Source: an uncultured Gemmatimonadales bacterium (GTDB lineage Bacteria > Gemmatimonadota > Gemmatimonadetes > Gemmatimonadales > Gemmatimonadaceae). Taken from it: a stretch of DNA of 64,000 nt. Below are positions 30,979 to 41,818 of this stretch, in pieces. Every line of letters begins with the position of its first letter. Positions within the stretch are counted from its first letter, which is position 1. The position numbers and the translations under genes are program-made. The stretch lies in NCBI GenBank assembly GCA_963850905.1, contig CAWKMU010000003.1, forward strand, positions 384,001 to 448,000, written 5' to 3'. The notes under the pieces are model-generated. The model made no database searches, had not been told where the DNA came from, and saw only the letters and a list, made by a program, of their open reading frames with translations.

Positions 30979-32021
30979 GACTGCCCCCACCCGCTCTCGC
31001 CAGCAGCCGCCGTGACTCCCGCATCGACAACGGGCGCCGAAGCGGATCGTCCGTGCCGCGTCGACCCGCCTTCGTCCGCGCGCGCCAGGAGGTAGTCGAC
31101 CAGCCGCTCGTGCGGGTCGAATCCCACCACGCGCCGTGCATCCGCGACGAAGTTCGAGAGTGCATTGACGTCGTAGAAGTAGTGCTGTCCATCGCGATCA
31201 TCGATCAGATACTCAATGCCGCCCACATCCAGGCCGACGTGCCGCGCGATCTGCTCGACTTCATCGATGATCGAGGCCGGCGGGTCCGCCCGTTCCACCC
31301 GCATCCCAGTCTTCGGCGCGTCGAGCGCACACGCGGCCCGCGACAGGGCACGACCGTCGGTGGTCTGGCATACATCCGCCGGACACAGGTTGAAGAGGGA
31401 GTCGGGCGCAGGGAACACGTTGATCGCGTACAGGTACCGGCCGCCAAGGACCTCTACTCGGGTGATGTGACCCGCGCGCAGTGGGGCCATCTCCTGCACC
31501 AGCGCGACACCGTCGACGCCCAAGTCGAGCGCGCCGTCGCTCGCCGCCTGTTCGAGCGCGGATCGATTCTCGAAGCGCTCGATCCCGGCCCCGCTGCCTC
31601 CGACATTGGCTTTCACGAGCACCGGATACCGGAGACCTCGCGCAGCCTCGAGTACCGCCTGCGCACTGTTGGCGAGCCGCGTCACCGGGTACGGGACTCG
31701 CAGCGACTCGAACGCTTCGATCTGTAACGCTTTCGTAATGTCCATCTCGTAGGCCGAGGCACCGTTGACGACCGCGACGCCGATGCGCTCGAGGTAGCGA
31801 AGCCACTGAAGTGTGTAGAAGGTCGATTGTCGATGCCCGCGCAGGTACGCCGACGGACTGGCGCGATTGAACACGAGCGAGTACGGCACAGTTCGCTCGC
31901 TCGGGTCGTAGTGGTGCGAGGCCGCATCCAGACGCACGTATGCCACAGCGCGGCGATCGAGCTCGGCAAAGAGTGGGCGGAACCAGTCTGGATGCTCGTG
32001 GAAGATGGCGATCGGTAGCAT
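30975..32021 (-). CDS. ATP-grasp (RimK-like) ligase
   Basis: FNRASPS, KANVGGSGAGI, LVQE, GGIEY, YDVNALSNF. Confidence 0.85.
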   Translation of the reverse strand: MLPIAIFHEHPDWFRPLFAELDRRAVAYVRLDAASHHYDPSERTVPYSLVFNRASPSAYLRGHRQSTFYTLQWLRYLERIGVAVVNGASAYEMDITKALQIEAFESLRVPYPVTRLANSAQAVLEAARGLRYPVLVKANVGGSGAGIERFENRSALEQAASDGALDLGVDGVALVQEMAPLRAGHITRVEVLGGRYLYAINVFPAPDSLFNLCPADVCQTTDGRALSRAACALDAPKTGMRVERADPPASIIDEVEQIARHVGLDVGGIEYLIDDRDGQHYFYDVNALSNFVADARRVVGFDPHERLVDYLLARADEGGSTRHGRSASAPVVDAGVTAAAGESGWGQS

Positions 32022-32155
32022 CACAACGGAGGGTTGGGGATGGGGACTTCGGAACGGAGAGCGCGACGACGAATCCCACGCGGGCGTGTACCAATCACGA
32101 GGGCCAGGAACAAAGTTCCTGGCCCTCGGTCCCTCGCTGACCGCCGACCCTGTCG

Positions 32156-33586
32156 TTACGGCAAAGAGTCCAGCGCGACGATCGGTGCGATGTGGGCTGC
32201 CGCGAGGCCTGGCTCGACTGCCTTGCGGTCCCCAACTACGACGATGGTGAGATGGTCAGGATCGAGATGCTGCTGCGCCGCATCCTGGACGGCCGCGAGC
32301 GACACGTCCTCGAATCGCTCAGTCAGATGGTCGTAGTAGTCGAGCGGAAGCCGAAAAGCGAGGACTGCGCGCGCCGCGTCCGCCGCCTCCGGGACGGTAG
32401 CGAATTGCAACGGGAGCGACAGCGTTTCCGTGCGCTTGGCGAACGAAAGTTCCGAGTCGGTAACGGGTCGCGTCGAACGGATGTCCCGGAGCTCCGCCGT
32501 CAGGATGACAATCGAACTGTCCGTCGTCGGTGTCGATACGTCCGTCTGGATCTCGAATGTCGATGGTTGCGGGATCCGCCGGTACGCGAAACCGGAGTTC
32601 GCGCCATAGGTGTAGCCGTGCACCTCACGCAACGACAGGTTGAGTCGGCTATTGAACGCCCCGCCCAGGACCGTGTTGAGCAGTTCCAGCGCGTAATAGT
32701 CCTTGCTGTCACGCGGGGGGCCGAGCTCGCCAGCCAGGATCACGCTCTGCGGTGAACCGGGACGATTGTAGACGTAGATGTGCGTCGCGCCGGCTGGCTG
32801 CGGGAGCGGTGGGGTGACCCATCCATCTTCGCCACCCGGTTGGAGGTCGCCCACGACCTGCTCGAGGGCTGCGACGGCGCGATCAGCCGTGATGTCGCCA
32901 GCGACAATGAAGCTGATATTGCGCGGGCGATAGTAGTCGCGATGAAACGCTACGAGGTCGCCACGCGTGATCGCAGCCACGCTCTGGGGCGTCTCGGTGC
33001 GCGCGTACGGGTGCGCGGGACCATACAGCTCGGGCGCGAACACACGCGACGCCAGATAGTCGGGCTGACTCTTTGACCGCTCGAGACGGGCGATCGTGTT
33101 CGCCTTGATGCGCGCAAGCGAAGAGTCCGGAAACGCAGGGTGTGTGAGCTGATCCACCATCAGGGTCAGGGACCGCTCGAAGTAGGTCGGAATGGTGAAG
33201 AACCCCAGCGCGCCCACCTCCGTCCCGAGATCGGCCTCGGCTCGTGCGATCTCGTTCGCGCTGCGCGACGTCGTGCCCTCAGCCAGCATCTGGCCGGTCA
33301 GTGCGCTGACACCCTCCTTGCCGACCGGGTCGAGCAACGCGGGCGCCACGACCAGCGCCGACACGTCGATCACGGGGAAGTCGTGATTCTCCAGCACCGC
33401 GACGCGAATGCCGCTTCGAAGCGTGCGCATCTCGATCCGCGGCACGCGGACCGCCGGAGCAGGCCCCGGGGTCGGTCGCGGCGGCGATGCAGGCTCCTGA
33501 CCGGAAGCTGCCCGGGTGTCGACGGAGACGCAGGCCATCATCACCCACAGCACGGCGACGCCGGCTCGATACGCAAGGCGGGACAT
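32156..33586 (-). CDS. M16 family peptidase, non-catalytic subunit
   Basis: M16 fold motifs (FHRDYYRP, LGGAFNSRLN..LRE..GYTY); lacks HxxEH. Confidence 0.88.
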   Translation of the reverse strand: MSRLAYRAGVAVLWVMMACVSVDTRAASGQEPASPPRPTPGPAPAVRVPRIEMRTLRSGIRVAVLENHDFPVIDVSALVVAPALLDPVGKEGVSALTGQMLAEGTTSRSANEIARAEADLGTEVGALGFFTIPTYFERSLTLMVDQLTHPAFPDSSLARIKANTIARLERSKSQPDYLASRVFAPELYGPAHPYARTETPQSVAAITRGDLVAFHRDYYRPRNISFIVAGDITADRAVAALEQVVGDLQPGGEDGWVTPPLPQPAGATHIYVYNRPGSPQSVILAGELGPPRDSKDYYALELLNTVLGGAFNSRLNLSLREVHGYTYGANSGFAYRRIPQPSTFEIQTDVSTPTTDSSIVILTAELRDIRSTRPVTDSELSFAKRTETLSLPLQFATVPEAADAARAVLAFRLPLDYYDHLTERFEDVSLAAVQDAAQQHLDPDHLTIVVVGDRKAVEPGLAAAHIAPIVALDSLP

Positions 33587-35145
33587 CAGGTAGCCCCCTT
33601 GGGCGCGCGTTCTGGCGCCTTGGTCACGTTGACGTAGGGGCTGGTGGGCTTGCTCGCGAGGTCCAGGTGCCCGGCCGGGACCATACTCAGAATCACTCGC
33701 CCGGGTGTGAGGTACTGCCGCGCCACTCGCTCGACATCGGCCGGCGTGACCGCCTGTGCTTCCGTGAGGTCCACCTGAAAGTGGAGCGGATCATTGAAGA
33801 AGGTTTGCCCTTCAGCTAACTGGTCTGCCCGCGACTCGGTGGACTCGAGACCGGTGATCGTACCGACGACCGCGAACCGCTTCGTGCGGTCCACCTCTGC
33901 CTGCGACGGCGCCGTCGTGCGCAGCGCCGTGAGCACGCTGTCGGTGAGCTGCTCCAGTCGTGTGAGCGACACACCGGGTCGCGGGCTGATACTGATGCTG
34001 AAGACGCCCTCGTTCTCGTGCTCAGTGTTGCCAGCCGACACGCTCGTGGCCATCTGGCGGTCGTACACCAGCAGCTTGGTGAGCCGGCTGATACGATCCT
34101 GCGTCAGCATGTCCCCCAGTGCGTCGAGCGGCGCCGCATCGCGGCTGTGCACGCCGACCGTCGGCCACGCCATTTCCAGCCGCGGAAGTGTCGCCTTCGC
34201 ATCTTCGAGAACCAGCCGATGCTCGCTGGTCAGCGTCGCGGGCGACACGACCGGGCGTTGGATCTCGGGGCCTCGCGGAATCGACCCGAAGTACTGCGCC
34301 ACTAGAGCGTGGGTATTCGCGATGTCGAAATCCCCGCAGATCGACAGCGTCGCATTCTCGGGCGCGTAGTAGGTCCGGAAAAACGACTTGACGTCGTCGA
34401 GACTCGCGGCCGACAAGTCAGCCATCGAGCCGATGACCGGCCACGAGTACGGGTTTGTCGGCGGGAACAACGCCGCGTCCAGTGACTCGCCCGCCTGGCC
34501 GTACGGCTGGTTGTCCACACGGTAGCGCCGCTCGTTCTTCACGACGTCCCGCTGGTTGTCGAGCTTCTCCTGCGTGAGTGCCGCCGCCAGCGTGCCCATG
34601 CGATCGGCTTCGAGCCACAGCACCGTCGCCAGGTAGTTGGCCGGCACCGTCTCGAAATAGTTCGTGCGATCGTTGTTGGTCGTCCCGTTCATCGTGCCGC
34701 CAGCGTCCTCGATCGTCTTGATGTGCTCCCCTTTTGCCGCGTGCGCCGAACCCTGAAACATCACGTGCTCGAAGAGGTGCGCAAATCCCGTCCGCCCGAC
34801 ATGCTCGTTCTTCGAGCCCACGTGATACCAGATGGCGACTGACACGACGGGCGCACTCGTATCGCGCGACAACACGACGGTCAAACCATTGGGCAGCGTG
34901 AACCGATCGACAGGAATCTTCGGAATCGGTAAGGAATCGGGACCGCCACGTCCATTCGCCGACCGCACGGTATTGTCAATCGGCGGGTAGGGGCGACGCA
35001 TGCGTCGCCCGCCGTTGTCGTTCACACCAACGCCGCTGCCGTTGACATCATTGCCGGCAGCGGCGGCGCTCTGCGCCGGAGAAACGAGAAACGCGGAAAG
35101 GAGAGAGGAGAGGAAAAACAATCGCCAACGGGCTCGCTCGCTCAT
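33586..35145 (-). CDS. M16 family Zn peptidase, catalytic subunit
   Basis: GFAHLFEHVMF, NGTT..DRTNY, LWLEADRM, VKNERR, signal peptide. Confidence 0.93.
   Translation of the reverse strand: MSERARWRLFFLSSLLSAFLVSPAQSAAAAGNDVNGSGVGVNDNGGRRMRRPYPPIDNTVRSANGRGGPDSLPIPKIPVDRFTLPNGLTVVLSRDTSAPVVSVAIWYHVGSKNEHVGRTGFAHLFEHVMFQGSAHAAKGEHIKTIEDAGGTMNGTTNNDRTNYFETVPANYLATVLWLEADRMGTLAAALTQEKLDNQRDVVKNERRYRVDNQPYGQAGESLDAALFPPTNPYSWPVIGSMADLSAASLDDVKSFFRTYYAPENATLSICGDFDIANTHALVAQYFGSIPRGPEIQRPVVSPATLTSEHRLVLEDAKATLPRLEMAWPTVGVHSRDAAPLDALGDMLTQDRISRLTKLLVYDRQMATSVSAGNTEHENEGVFSISISPRPGVSLTRLEQLTDSVLTALRTTAPSQAEVDRTKRFAVVGTITGLESTESRADQLAEGQTFFNDPLHFQVDLTEAQAVTPADVERVARQYLTPGRVILSMVPAGHLDLASKPTSPYVNVTKAPERAPKGAT
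34987..35010 (+). repeat. GTAG-REP located inside the M16 peptidase CDS
   Basis: GTAGGGGCGACGCATGCGTCGCCC, read on the minus strand as GRRMRRPY. Confidence 0.85.
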
Positions 35146-35224
35146 CGCCGTTCTCCTTTCTGCGGGTCTCCTGTCTTCAGGGGCCGAAAACGCCCCTTCA
35201 GCGTCCAGCGTCTAACGTCTAGTC

Positions 35225-36172
35225 TCACTCGATATCGTCGATTGATCGAGGCCAGTCTTGTTTGAGCAGACGAGAGAGCGCCCGATCGGCGAGCAAACGG
35301 CCTCCCGTCTGACACCTCGCACAGTAATTGGTTTCGTTGGCCGCGTAGCGAATGCGCTGGACCGGTGCTCCGCAGACCGGACACGGCTGTCGGAATCGAC
35401 CGTGCACGGCCATGCCCTCTCGGAACGCGGTGACCGTCTCCGGGAACCCGGCGCCGGCCTCCGCCCGAAGACGCGCAACCCACTCGCTCAAGACCGCACG
35501 AGTCGCCACATACAGGCGCTGGATCTCATCCGGCGTGAGTCGGCTCGTGAGCGCGAGTGGCGACAGCTGAGCGCGATGCAGGATCTCGTCGGAATACGCG
35601 TTGCCGATGCCGCTGAACAGCTGCGGGTCGGTGAGCGCGCGCTTGAGGGTATGGTTCTCGCTCCGCAGTCGCTGCGTGAACTCGAGGGGGCTCGCGTCCA
35701 ACACTTCGAGTCCGCCCCGGTCGAACGCCGCGAGGCTCGCGGCGCCGCGCACGATGTGCAGGGATGCCCGCCGGGTCGTCCCCGCCTCGGTGAAGTAGAG
35801 CGTGCCGGTCGGAAAGACAAAGGTCGCGAGCACCAGTCGAGCGGGTACGGCGGCCGGCCCTCGGCCTCGCTTTGCCCCGCCGCGGGGACGCTCGGGCTCG
35901 CCGCCGTTCGTGGCCTCGGCCGGCACGCGCCACCGAAGGCGCCCTGCGATCATCAGGTGGATCACGATGTAGAGATCCTCCTCGAGCGCCAGAACGATGC
36001 GCTTCCCCAGGCGACGGACGTCCAGGACCTTTCGCCCTTCGACCAGCGCGACCGGCGGCTCGACGGTCCGAAGCACGAACGGCTTGTCGATCACGAGCCG
36101 CTCGAGACGTTGGCCCACCGCAACGGCGGCCAACCGCTCGACGTACACCGTGACGTCCGGCAACTCGGGCAT
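35225..36172 (-). CDS. Fpg/Nei-family DNA glycosylase/AP lyase
   Basis: MPELPDV N-terminus, [21 protein letters not shown]-terminal CxxC...CxxCQ Zn finger. Confidence 0.9.
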   Translation of the reverse strand: MPELPDVTVYVERLAAVAVGQRLERLVIDKPFVLRTVEPPVALVEGRKVLDVRRLGKRIVLALEEDLYIVIHLMIAGRLRWRVPAEATNGGEPERPRGGAKRGRGPAAVPARLVLATFVFPTGTLYFTEAGTTRRASLHIVRGAASLAAFDRGGLEVLDASPLEFTQRLRSENHTLKRALTDPQLFSGIGNAYSDEILHRAQLSPLALTSRLTPDEIQRLYVATRAVLSEWVARLRAEAGAGFPETVTAFREGMAVHGRFRQPCPVCGAPVQRIRYAANETNYCARCQTGGRLLADRALSRLLKQDWPRSIDDIE

Positions 36173-36215
36173 TTGCTTGATCATGCTCACGTGCGGCCCT
36201 ACATTGCCAGTCTCG

Positions 36216-36289
36216 GCGCGAGTAGCTCAGCTGGATAGAGCGTCGGCCTCCGGAGCCGAAGGTCGTGGGTTCGAATCCCGCCTCGCGCG
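36216..36289 (+). tRNA. tRNA-Arg (anticodon CCG); CCA not encoded
   Basis: Acceptor stem GCGCGAG/CTCGCGC, D-arm GCTCAGCTGGATAGAGC, anticodon arm TCGGC-CTCCGGA-GCCGA, T-arm GGGTTCGAATCCC. Confidence 0.96.
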
Positions 36290-36450
36290 TTCGGCCAAAA
36301 GCCGGTGGACACAGCCGAGGCCCAGCAACGGTCCTCGTTCGCCCACTGTGTCTGTCCGCTGGCGTGTGACTTGCCCTCCACCCCCGCATTGTTGCCGCCG
36401 GCCTGCGGCCCTCAGTTCCTCTCGTTTCGGCCGATTCCCACTTCCCCCCC

Positions 36451-37407
36451 TTGCCCAGATCTCCTCGTTGGTCGGGATTGCTCCCGGGCCTTGGCGTCGC
36501 CGCTGCGGTGGTGGCTGCAACGGCGGCCGCGCTCATCTTCGGGCGACTAGGCGTCGTCCACGGCCGCACCATGCGCCTCTATCTCGCGACCAATCGCGGC
36601 GGGGGCGTCATCCCTGGAACGGAAGTCTGGCTGGATGGAGTCAGGGTTGGTGCGGTGCGATGGGTTCGCTTCCAGCCCCCGACCGCCGACACGACGCGGC
36701 GACTGTTGATCGCACTCGATGTCATCGAGAGTGTGCGCCCACACATCCGGCGTAACACCCGTGCGGTCCTCGAGCCAGGTGGGGACCAGCTCGGCGCGCC
36801 AGTCGTGCAGCTCTCGGGTACCGACCCGCGCGCGCCGGCGATCGAGGACGGCGACACGATGGTCTCGAGCCATTCGAGTCAGCTCCGAGAAGCGCGTGAG
36901 CGGGTCGCCGCCGCAGCGCAAACCCTACCAATCGTTCTGGACAACATTCAAGCCGTCCGCGACCAGGTGGTCTCGCAGTCGGGCACGATCGGCGCGCTCG
37001 GCAGCGACAAGGAAATCCGCTCGCGTCGCACGCTCCGTGACGAGGCCGCGCGCCTCGCACGCGATACCGCGTATCAAGGCGGGACGCTGGCATTGGCGTT
37101 CAGCGCGAGCTTTGCCGATCGGGTGCGCGCCGTGTTGGCCCGGGCCGATTCCCTCGTTCGGAACGCCACGGCGCCGCGTGGCCCCATGCGCCCCGGGGGA
37201 TCGGCGCAACGCCTCGCGCGTTCCCTTGACGACGTCGACGGCCAGCTTTCCACCCTGTCCGCGAATCTGGCGCAGATGCACGGACCAAATGCCACGGATT
37301 CGATCGCAGCGACCTCACTGCGCGACCAGATCGACCAATCCCGTGACCGACTCCACTCCTTGATGACCGACGTCGCGCACCGGCCGTTACGCTATATGAG
37401 TTTCTGA
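36451..37407 (+). CDS. MlaD/MCE-domain protein
   Basis: TM anchor, [14 protein letters not shown], then a helical coiled region. Confidence 0.75.
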   Translation: MPRSPRWSGLLPGLGVAAAVVAATAAALIFGRLGVVHGRTMRLYLATNRGGGVIPGTEVWLDGVRVGAVRWVRFQPPTADTTRRLLIALDVIESVRPHIRRNTRAVLEPGGDQLGAPVVQLSGTDPRAPAIEDGDTMVSSHSSQLREARERVAAAAQTLPIVLDNIQAVRDQVVSQSGTIGALGSDKEIRSRRTLRDEAARLARDTAYQGGTLALAFSASFADRVRAVLARADSLVRNATAPRGPMRPGGSAQRLARSLDDVDGQLSTLSANLAQMHGPNATDSIAATSLRDQIDQSRDRLHSLMTDVAHRPLRYMSF

Positions 37408-37462
37408 CACCGGTGGCCGGCGCGATTGTCTCAGAGCCGGTCCCTCCTCACCTTATTTCGTC

Positions 37463-38716
37463 GTGGACATCATTGATCTGAAGCGGAAGACCGTCGCCGA
37501 GCTGCAGACGGTCGCCGACGACCTGCATATCGAAAACGTCGCTGGATTGCGCAAGCAGGATCTCATCTTCCGCATCGAGCGGCACCTGCTCGGCACTGCG
37601 GTGGAGTTGCACGCGAGTGGTGTGCTGGAGATCCTCGATGAGGGCTACGGGTTCGTCCGCAGCCCGGACTGGAGTTACCTCGCGGGTCCGGACGACGTGT
37701 ACGTGTCGCCATCGCAGATCAAGCGATTCGACCTGCGCACGGGAGACAGCATCACCGGCCAGGTCCGACCCCCGAAGGATTGGGAGCGTTACCTCGCCCT
37801 GCTGCGCGTCGACACGGTCAATGGCGATCCGGCGGTCGCCGGCGCGCCGCGTCCCGTCTTCGACAGCCTGCGTCCACGCTATCCGGACCAACGGATCCAC
37901 CTCGAGACGAACAGCGGCGATCTCAGCATGCGCGTGGTGGATATCGTGGCACCCATCGGCAAGGGTCAGCGGGGCCTGATCGTCGCACCGCCTCGAGCGG
38001 GCAAGACCATCCTGCTGCAGAAGATGGCCAATGCCATCGTCGAGAATCACCCGGAGATCGTCTTGATCGTCCTGTTGATCGACGAACGCCCCGAGGAAGT
38101 CACGGATTTTCGAGAGAACGTTCTCGGTGCCGAGGTCGTGAGCTCCACTTTCGATGAGCCTCCGCACCGCCACGTGCAAGTCGCCGATATGGTGATCGAG
38201 AAGGCCAAGCGGCAGGTCGAGCACGGCCGGGATGTGGTCATCCTCCTCGACTCCATCACGCGGCTGGCGCGCGCGCACAACACGGTCGCGCCGCACTCGG
38301 GCAAGATCCTGTCGGGCGGAGTCGAAGCGCAGGCACTCCAGAAGCCGAAGCACTTTTTCGGGGCGGCACGCAAGATCGATGGTGGCGGATCGCTCACGAT
38401 CATTGGCACCGCGCTGGTCGAAACCGGGTCCCGCATGGACGAGGTGATCTTCGAGGAGTTCAAAGGGACGGGCAACATGGAGCTGGTCCTCGACCGCAAG
38501 ATCTCCGATCGGCGGATCTATCCCGCGATCGACATCGGTCGGTCCGGCACGCGTCGGGAAGAGTTGCTATTCGAGCCAAGTGAGGCCAATCGGGTGTTCC
38601 TCCTTCGCAGCTTCCTGGGCGATATGCCGGAAGACGAGGGCATCTTTTTCCTGCTCCAGCGGATGATGCGCTCCAAGACGAACAAGGAGTTCTTTGCCAC
38701 GATGGCCGAGGGCTGA
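37463..38716 (+). CDS. rho: Transcription termination factor Rho
   Basis: [55 protein letters not shown]. Confidence 0.98.
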   Translation: MDIIDLKRKTVAELQTVADDLHIENVAGLRKQDLIFRIERHLLGTAVELHASGVLEILDEGYGFVRSPDWSYLAGPDDVYVSPSQIKRFDLRTGDSITGQVRPPKDWERYLALLRVDTVNGDPAVAGAPRPVFDSLRPRYPDQRIHLETNSGDLSMRVVDIVAPIGKGQRGLIVAPPRAGKTILLQKMANAIVENHPEIVLIVLLIDERPEEVTDFRENVLGAEVVSSTFDEPPHRHVQVADMVIEKAKRQVEHGRDVVILLDSITRLARAHNTVAPHSGKILSGGVEAQALQKPKHFFGAARKIDGGGSLTIIGTALVETGSRMDEVIFEEFKGTGNMELVLDRKISDRRIYPAIDIGRSGTRREELLFEPSEANRVFLLRSFLGDMPEDEGIFFLLQRMMRSKTNKEFFATMAEG

Positions 38717-39163
38717 TTGACGGACGTCCGTGCAACAGCATCGGGCTCGCGACGGCTGCTGGCGATCGACTACGGAGATCGTCGAATAGGACTCGCCGTA
38801 AGTGATCCCACCGGTATGATCGCCTCGCCCGTCGGTCATCTCGAGCGGCGTGCGGGCAAGCGCCCGCCGGTCGCCGAGCTGGCGCGCCGGGCTATCGCCC
38901 TCGAGGCGACGGGTATCGTGCTCGGGCTGCCACTCGACGCGAACGGCGACGAGACGCCGCGGGCCGCCGACGTGCGTGCGATGGGTACCGCGCTCGCCGC
39001 GCGCACCGGGCTTCCCGTCCGATATGTCGACGAGCGATTCACGACCGCCGCGGCGTTGCGCGCCGTCGAGGCGATGGGCGGTTCGACGCGCGGCCGGAAG
39101 GGTGACGTCGACGCGCTCGCCGCGACTGTGCTGCTGCAACATGCACTGGCCCTTCCCGAGTAG
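38717..39163 (+). CDS. ruvX: Putative pre-16S rRNA nuclease / Holliday-junction resolvase-like RuvX (YqgF)
   Basis: LAIDYGDRRIGLAVSD, VLGLP, VDERFTT, DALAA. Confidence 0.93.
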   Translation: MTDVRATASGSRRLLAIDYGDRRIGLAVSDPTGMIASPVGHLERRAGKRPPVAELARRAIALEATGIVLGLPLDANGDETPRAADVRAMGTALAARTGLPVRYVDERFTTAAALRAVEAMGGSTRGRKGDVDALAATVLLQHALALPE

Positions 39164-39206
39164 ACCGGCCGATCGGATCGCGAGCGCCGGTCGCCGCCGC
39201 CGCGAC

Positions 39207-40172
39207 GTGGCCGTCGGCGCCGTCACGGCGCTCGCGATGGCCGCCTGCAGTGGGCGCCCCAGCGGCGTACCCCGGCGCGTCATCATTCCGCCGGGCGCGA
39301 CTCTGCGCGCCGCAGCCGACTCGCTTGCCAACCACGAGGTAGTCGATGCCCCGTGGCTGTTCCGCCTATACGCCGGCCTTGCGCGACACGATGCCGACCT
39401 GAAGCCGGGGACGTATATGCTGCAGCGCCATCTCGGCTGGCATGCGGCACTCGACGCGATCACCCGCGGCAAGGGCCTCGTTCACGTTGTCACGATTCCC
39501 GAAGGATGGGAGTTGCGCGAGATCGAGCCGCTGCTCGAGCGCGTGCTGGACGTACCGGCGGATTCGCTCGATGCCGCCGTCCGCGACTCCGGCTTGCTCA
39601 CCAGCGTCGGCGCCGCGGGTCCAACGCTGGAAGGCTTCCTCTTCCCGGACACGTACTTCTTCCCCGACGGCGTCTCCGCGCGGGCAGCGGTCGCCGAGAT
39701 GGTCCACGAGTTCGAGCGAGAGTGGCGTCCCCAGTGGGACAGCGCCGCGCAGTCCCTGGGCCTGTCACGCACCGAAGTCGTGACCCTCGCATCGATCATC
39801 GAGAAAGAAGCACGCCTGGCCGACGAGCGCCCGCTGATCTCCGCGGTCTATCACAATCGCCTGCGTCGGCACATGCCCCTGCAAGCCGATCCCACGATAC
39901 AGTACGCCCTCGGCCATCACGTGGAGCGGATCACGTTCAAGGATCTCGAGGTCAGGTCCCCGTACAACACCTACCGCCACCGCGGCCTACCGCCCGGGCC
40001 CATCGGATCACCAGGTGTGGCGAGCCTCGACGCCGCCCTCGCGCCCGCGGCCGTGCCGTACCTGTACTTCGTCGCCGCACCGGACGGTCATCACGAGTTC
40101 CGAACGACGTTTGCGGAGCACACGGCCGCCCGCCATGCGCTGCGCCGTCAGGCGCGGCAGGAAACGCGATGA
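39207..40172 (+). CDS. mltG: Endolytic transglycosylase MltG
   Basis: TIPEG, LEGFLFPDTY, ASIIEKE, LQADPT, SPYNTY..GLPPGPI, YLYFV. Confidence 0.95.
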   Translation: MAVGAVTALAMAACSGRPSGVPRRVIIPPGATLRAAADSLANHEVVDAPWLFRLYAGLARHDADLKPGTYMLQRHLGWHAALDAITRGKGLVHVVTIPEGWELREIEPLLERVLDVPADSLDAAVRDSGLLTSVGAAGPTLEGFLFPDTYFFPDGVSARAAVAEMVHEFEREWRPQWDSAAQSLGLSRTEVVTLASIIEKEARLADERPLISAVYHNRLRRHMPLQADPTIQYALGHHVERITFKDLEVRSPYNTYRHRGLPPGPIGSPGVASLDAALAPAAVPYLYFVAAPDGHHEFRTTFAEHTAARHALRRQARQETR

Positions 40173-40855
40173 ACGAGACCGCTCGGAATGCCTGTCGACT
40201 GATTGCGATCACGGATGACATCCGCGATGGACGCGAGGGAATCACCGCGCGAGCGCTGGCGGCCATGCGCGGCGGCGCGACCATGATCCAACTGCGTTTG
40301 AAGCACGTCGACGCTCGATCCCTGGCGGATATCGCGCGCGCGCTCGTGACCGCGCTCCCAATCCCCGTCGTGATCAACGACCGCGCGGACGTCGCCATGG
40401 CCGTCGGCGCGGCGGGCGTGCACGTGGGCAGCGACGATCTGCCCGTGGCGGCCCTGCGGCGCATCATCCCGGCGGGATTCATTGTCGGCGTCTCGGTCGG
40501 ATCGGAGAGCGAGGCCGCCGGCGCCGCGGGGGCCGACTACGTGGGAATCGGCCCCGTGTACGGGAGCGGCTCGAAGCTGGACGCGGGCGCGGCCATCGGC
40601 ATCAGCGAGTTCGGGCGCCTCGCCGACATTGTCCGACTGCCCGCCGTCGCGATTGGCGGCATTACAGCGGAGACGGCGCCCCCCGTGATCGCGGCCGGCG
40701 CGATTGGCATCGCCGTCATCGCGGCGATTTTCGGTCGCCCCGACCCTGAGGGCGCGGCCCGCGCGCTGCGGGCCGCGATCGACCGCGTGCAGCCGGCGAC
40801 GCGGACCGCGACGGGGCCTGAGCCGCCAACTCCGTTGTCTGCCAGCGAAAGTTGA
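40169..40855 (+). CDS. thiE: Thiamine-phosphate synthase
   Basis: IQLRLK, IND, GVHVGSDD, ADYVGIGP, VAIGGI. Confidence 0.9.
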   Translation: MNETARNACRLIAITDDIRDGREGITARALAAMRGGATMIQLRLKHVDARSLADIARALVTALPIPVVINDRADVAMAVGAAGVHVGSDDLPVAALRRIIPAGFIVGVSVGSESEAAGAAGADYVGIGPVYGSGSKLDAGAAIGISEFGRLADIVRLPAVAIGGITAETAPPVIAAGAIGIAVIAAIFGRPDPEGAARALRAAIDRVQPATRTATGPEPPTPLSASES

Positions 40856-41633
40856 CGTCGGGCGTCTCGCCGCGCCGCGTCCCCTGCGGTCGGCGACGCT
40901 CGGTGTGGCGTGGCGGATCGTGCGAGCGGCGCAACGCGACCGCGAGCGCCCGCTGGACGTCCTCCCGCAAGAACACATTGACGAGGTGGGGATCGAACTG
41001 GGTACCTCGACCGGCGCGAATCGTCGCCACGCCGTCGCGAAACCCGCGTGCTCTGCTGTAGCGACGGTGCTGCGTGACGGCGTCGAACGTATCGGCCACC
41101 GCGACGACCCGTGCAGCGTAAGGGATGCGAGTCCCGGCGAGCCCCTCCGGGTAACCGGTGCCGTCCCAGCGTTCGTGGTGCGCCAGCACGCCGATCGGGA
41201 GGTCAGGGTAGAACGCGGCGAGGGGCGCGAGCACGGCTGCACCGCGTGCGGGGTGCGTCGCAATCGCCTCACGCTCCGCGCGGGTCAGGCGCGCGCGTTC
41301 GTGAATGATGTCGAATAGCGCCTCATGGATCTTGCCGATGTCGTGAAACAGCGCCACCCGCTCGATCTCGTGTTGCGTCGATTCGTCGGCGCCATCCGCA
41401 TTGGCGAGAATGAGCGCGTATCGCGCCACCCGCCGCACATGGGCGCCGGTCTCTTGATCGGTGGCGTCGATCGCGTTGAGCAGAGTCTCGGACAAGGCCG
41501 CAGCGAGCCGTTCGGCACGTCGCCGCCCCCGTCGCTCGCGCGCTAGCAACGCAGCGCCGAGCGTCGCCGCAGACGCTCCGAGCGTCGTCAGCGGTCGTTG
41601 AGGCGCACTGCGGTCGGAGTCAGGCTGAGGCAT
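40716..41633 (-). CDS. HD-GYP domain phosphodiesterase
   Basis: TGAHVRRV, FHDIGK, HHERWDGTGYP, ADTFDA, GTQFDP. Confidence 0.88.
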   Translation of the reverse strand: MPQPDSDRSAPQRPLTTLGASAATLGAALLARERRGRRRAERLAAALSETLLNAIDATDQETGAHVRRVARYALILANADGADESTQHEIERVALFHDIGKIHEALFDIIHERARLTRAEREAIATHPARGAAVLAPLAAFYPDLPIGVLAHHERWDGTGYPEGLAGTRIPYAARVVAVADTFDAVTQHRRYSRARGFRDGVATIRAGRGTQFDPHLVNVFLREDVQRALAVALRRSHDPPRHTERRRPQGTRRGETPDVNFRWQTTELAAQAPSRSASPAARGRSRPAARGPRPQGRGDRKSPR

Positions 41634-41641
41634 GCAGAAGA

Positions 41642-41808
41642 TTAACTACGGGGGTCAGGGGTCAGGGAACAAATCGAGAGGCCGATCACTGCGCACGGTG
41701 ACCGGCTTGGACCGGTAGGGGCGACGCATTGCTTCGCCCGTTGTTGTCGTTGCGGTTGTCGTTCCTGACCCCTGACCCCGACCCCTGAGTCCCGACCCCC
41801 GTTGTTAA
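41642..41808. repeat. Composite heptamer-arm + REP element
   Basis: Inverted termini TTAACTACGGGGG/CCCCCGTTGTTAA, (TCAGGGG)n and (TGACCCC)n arms, internal REP at 41715-41739. Confidence 0.87.
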
Positions 41809-41818
41809 CCTTCACCAC

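Noticed and set aside
36216..36450. tRNA-Arg as an integration site for a genomic island
   Set aside because: No integrase, no duplicated tRNA 3' end was seen, and the flanking genes are housekeeping.
38850..40855. Long N-terminal extensions on MltG (38850) and ThiE (39353) in the ORF track
   Set aside because: These come from upstream in-frame starts overlapping the preceding genes. Likely real starts are ~39207 and 40169.
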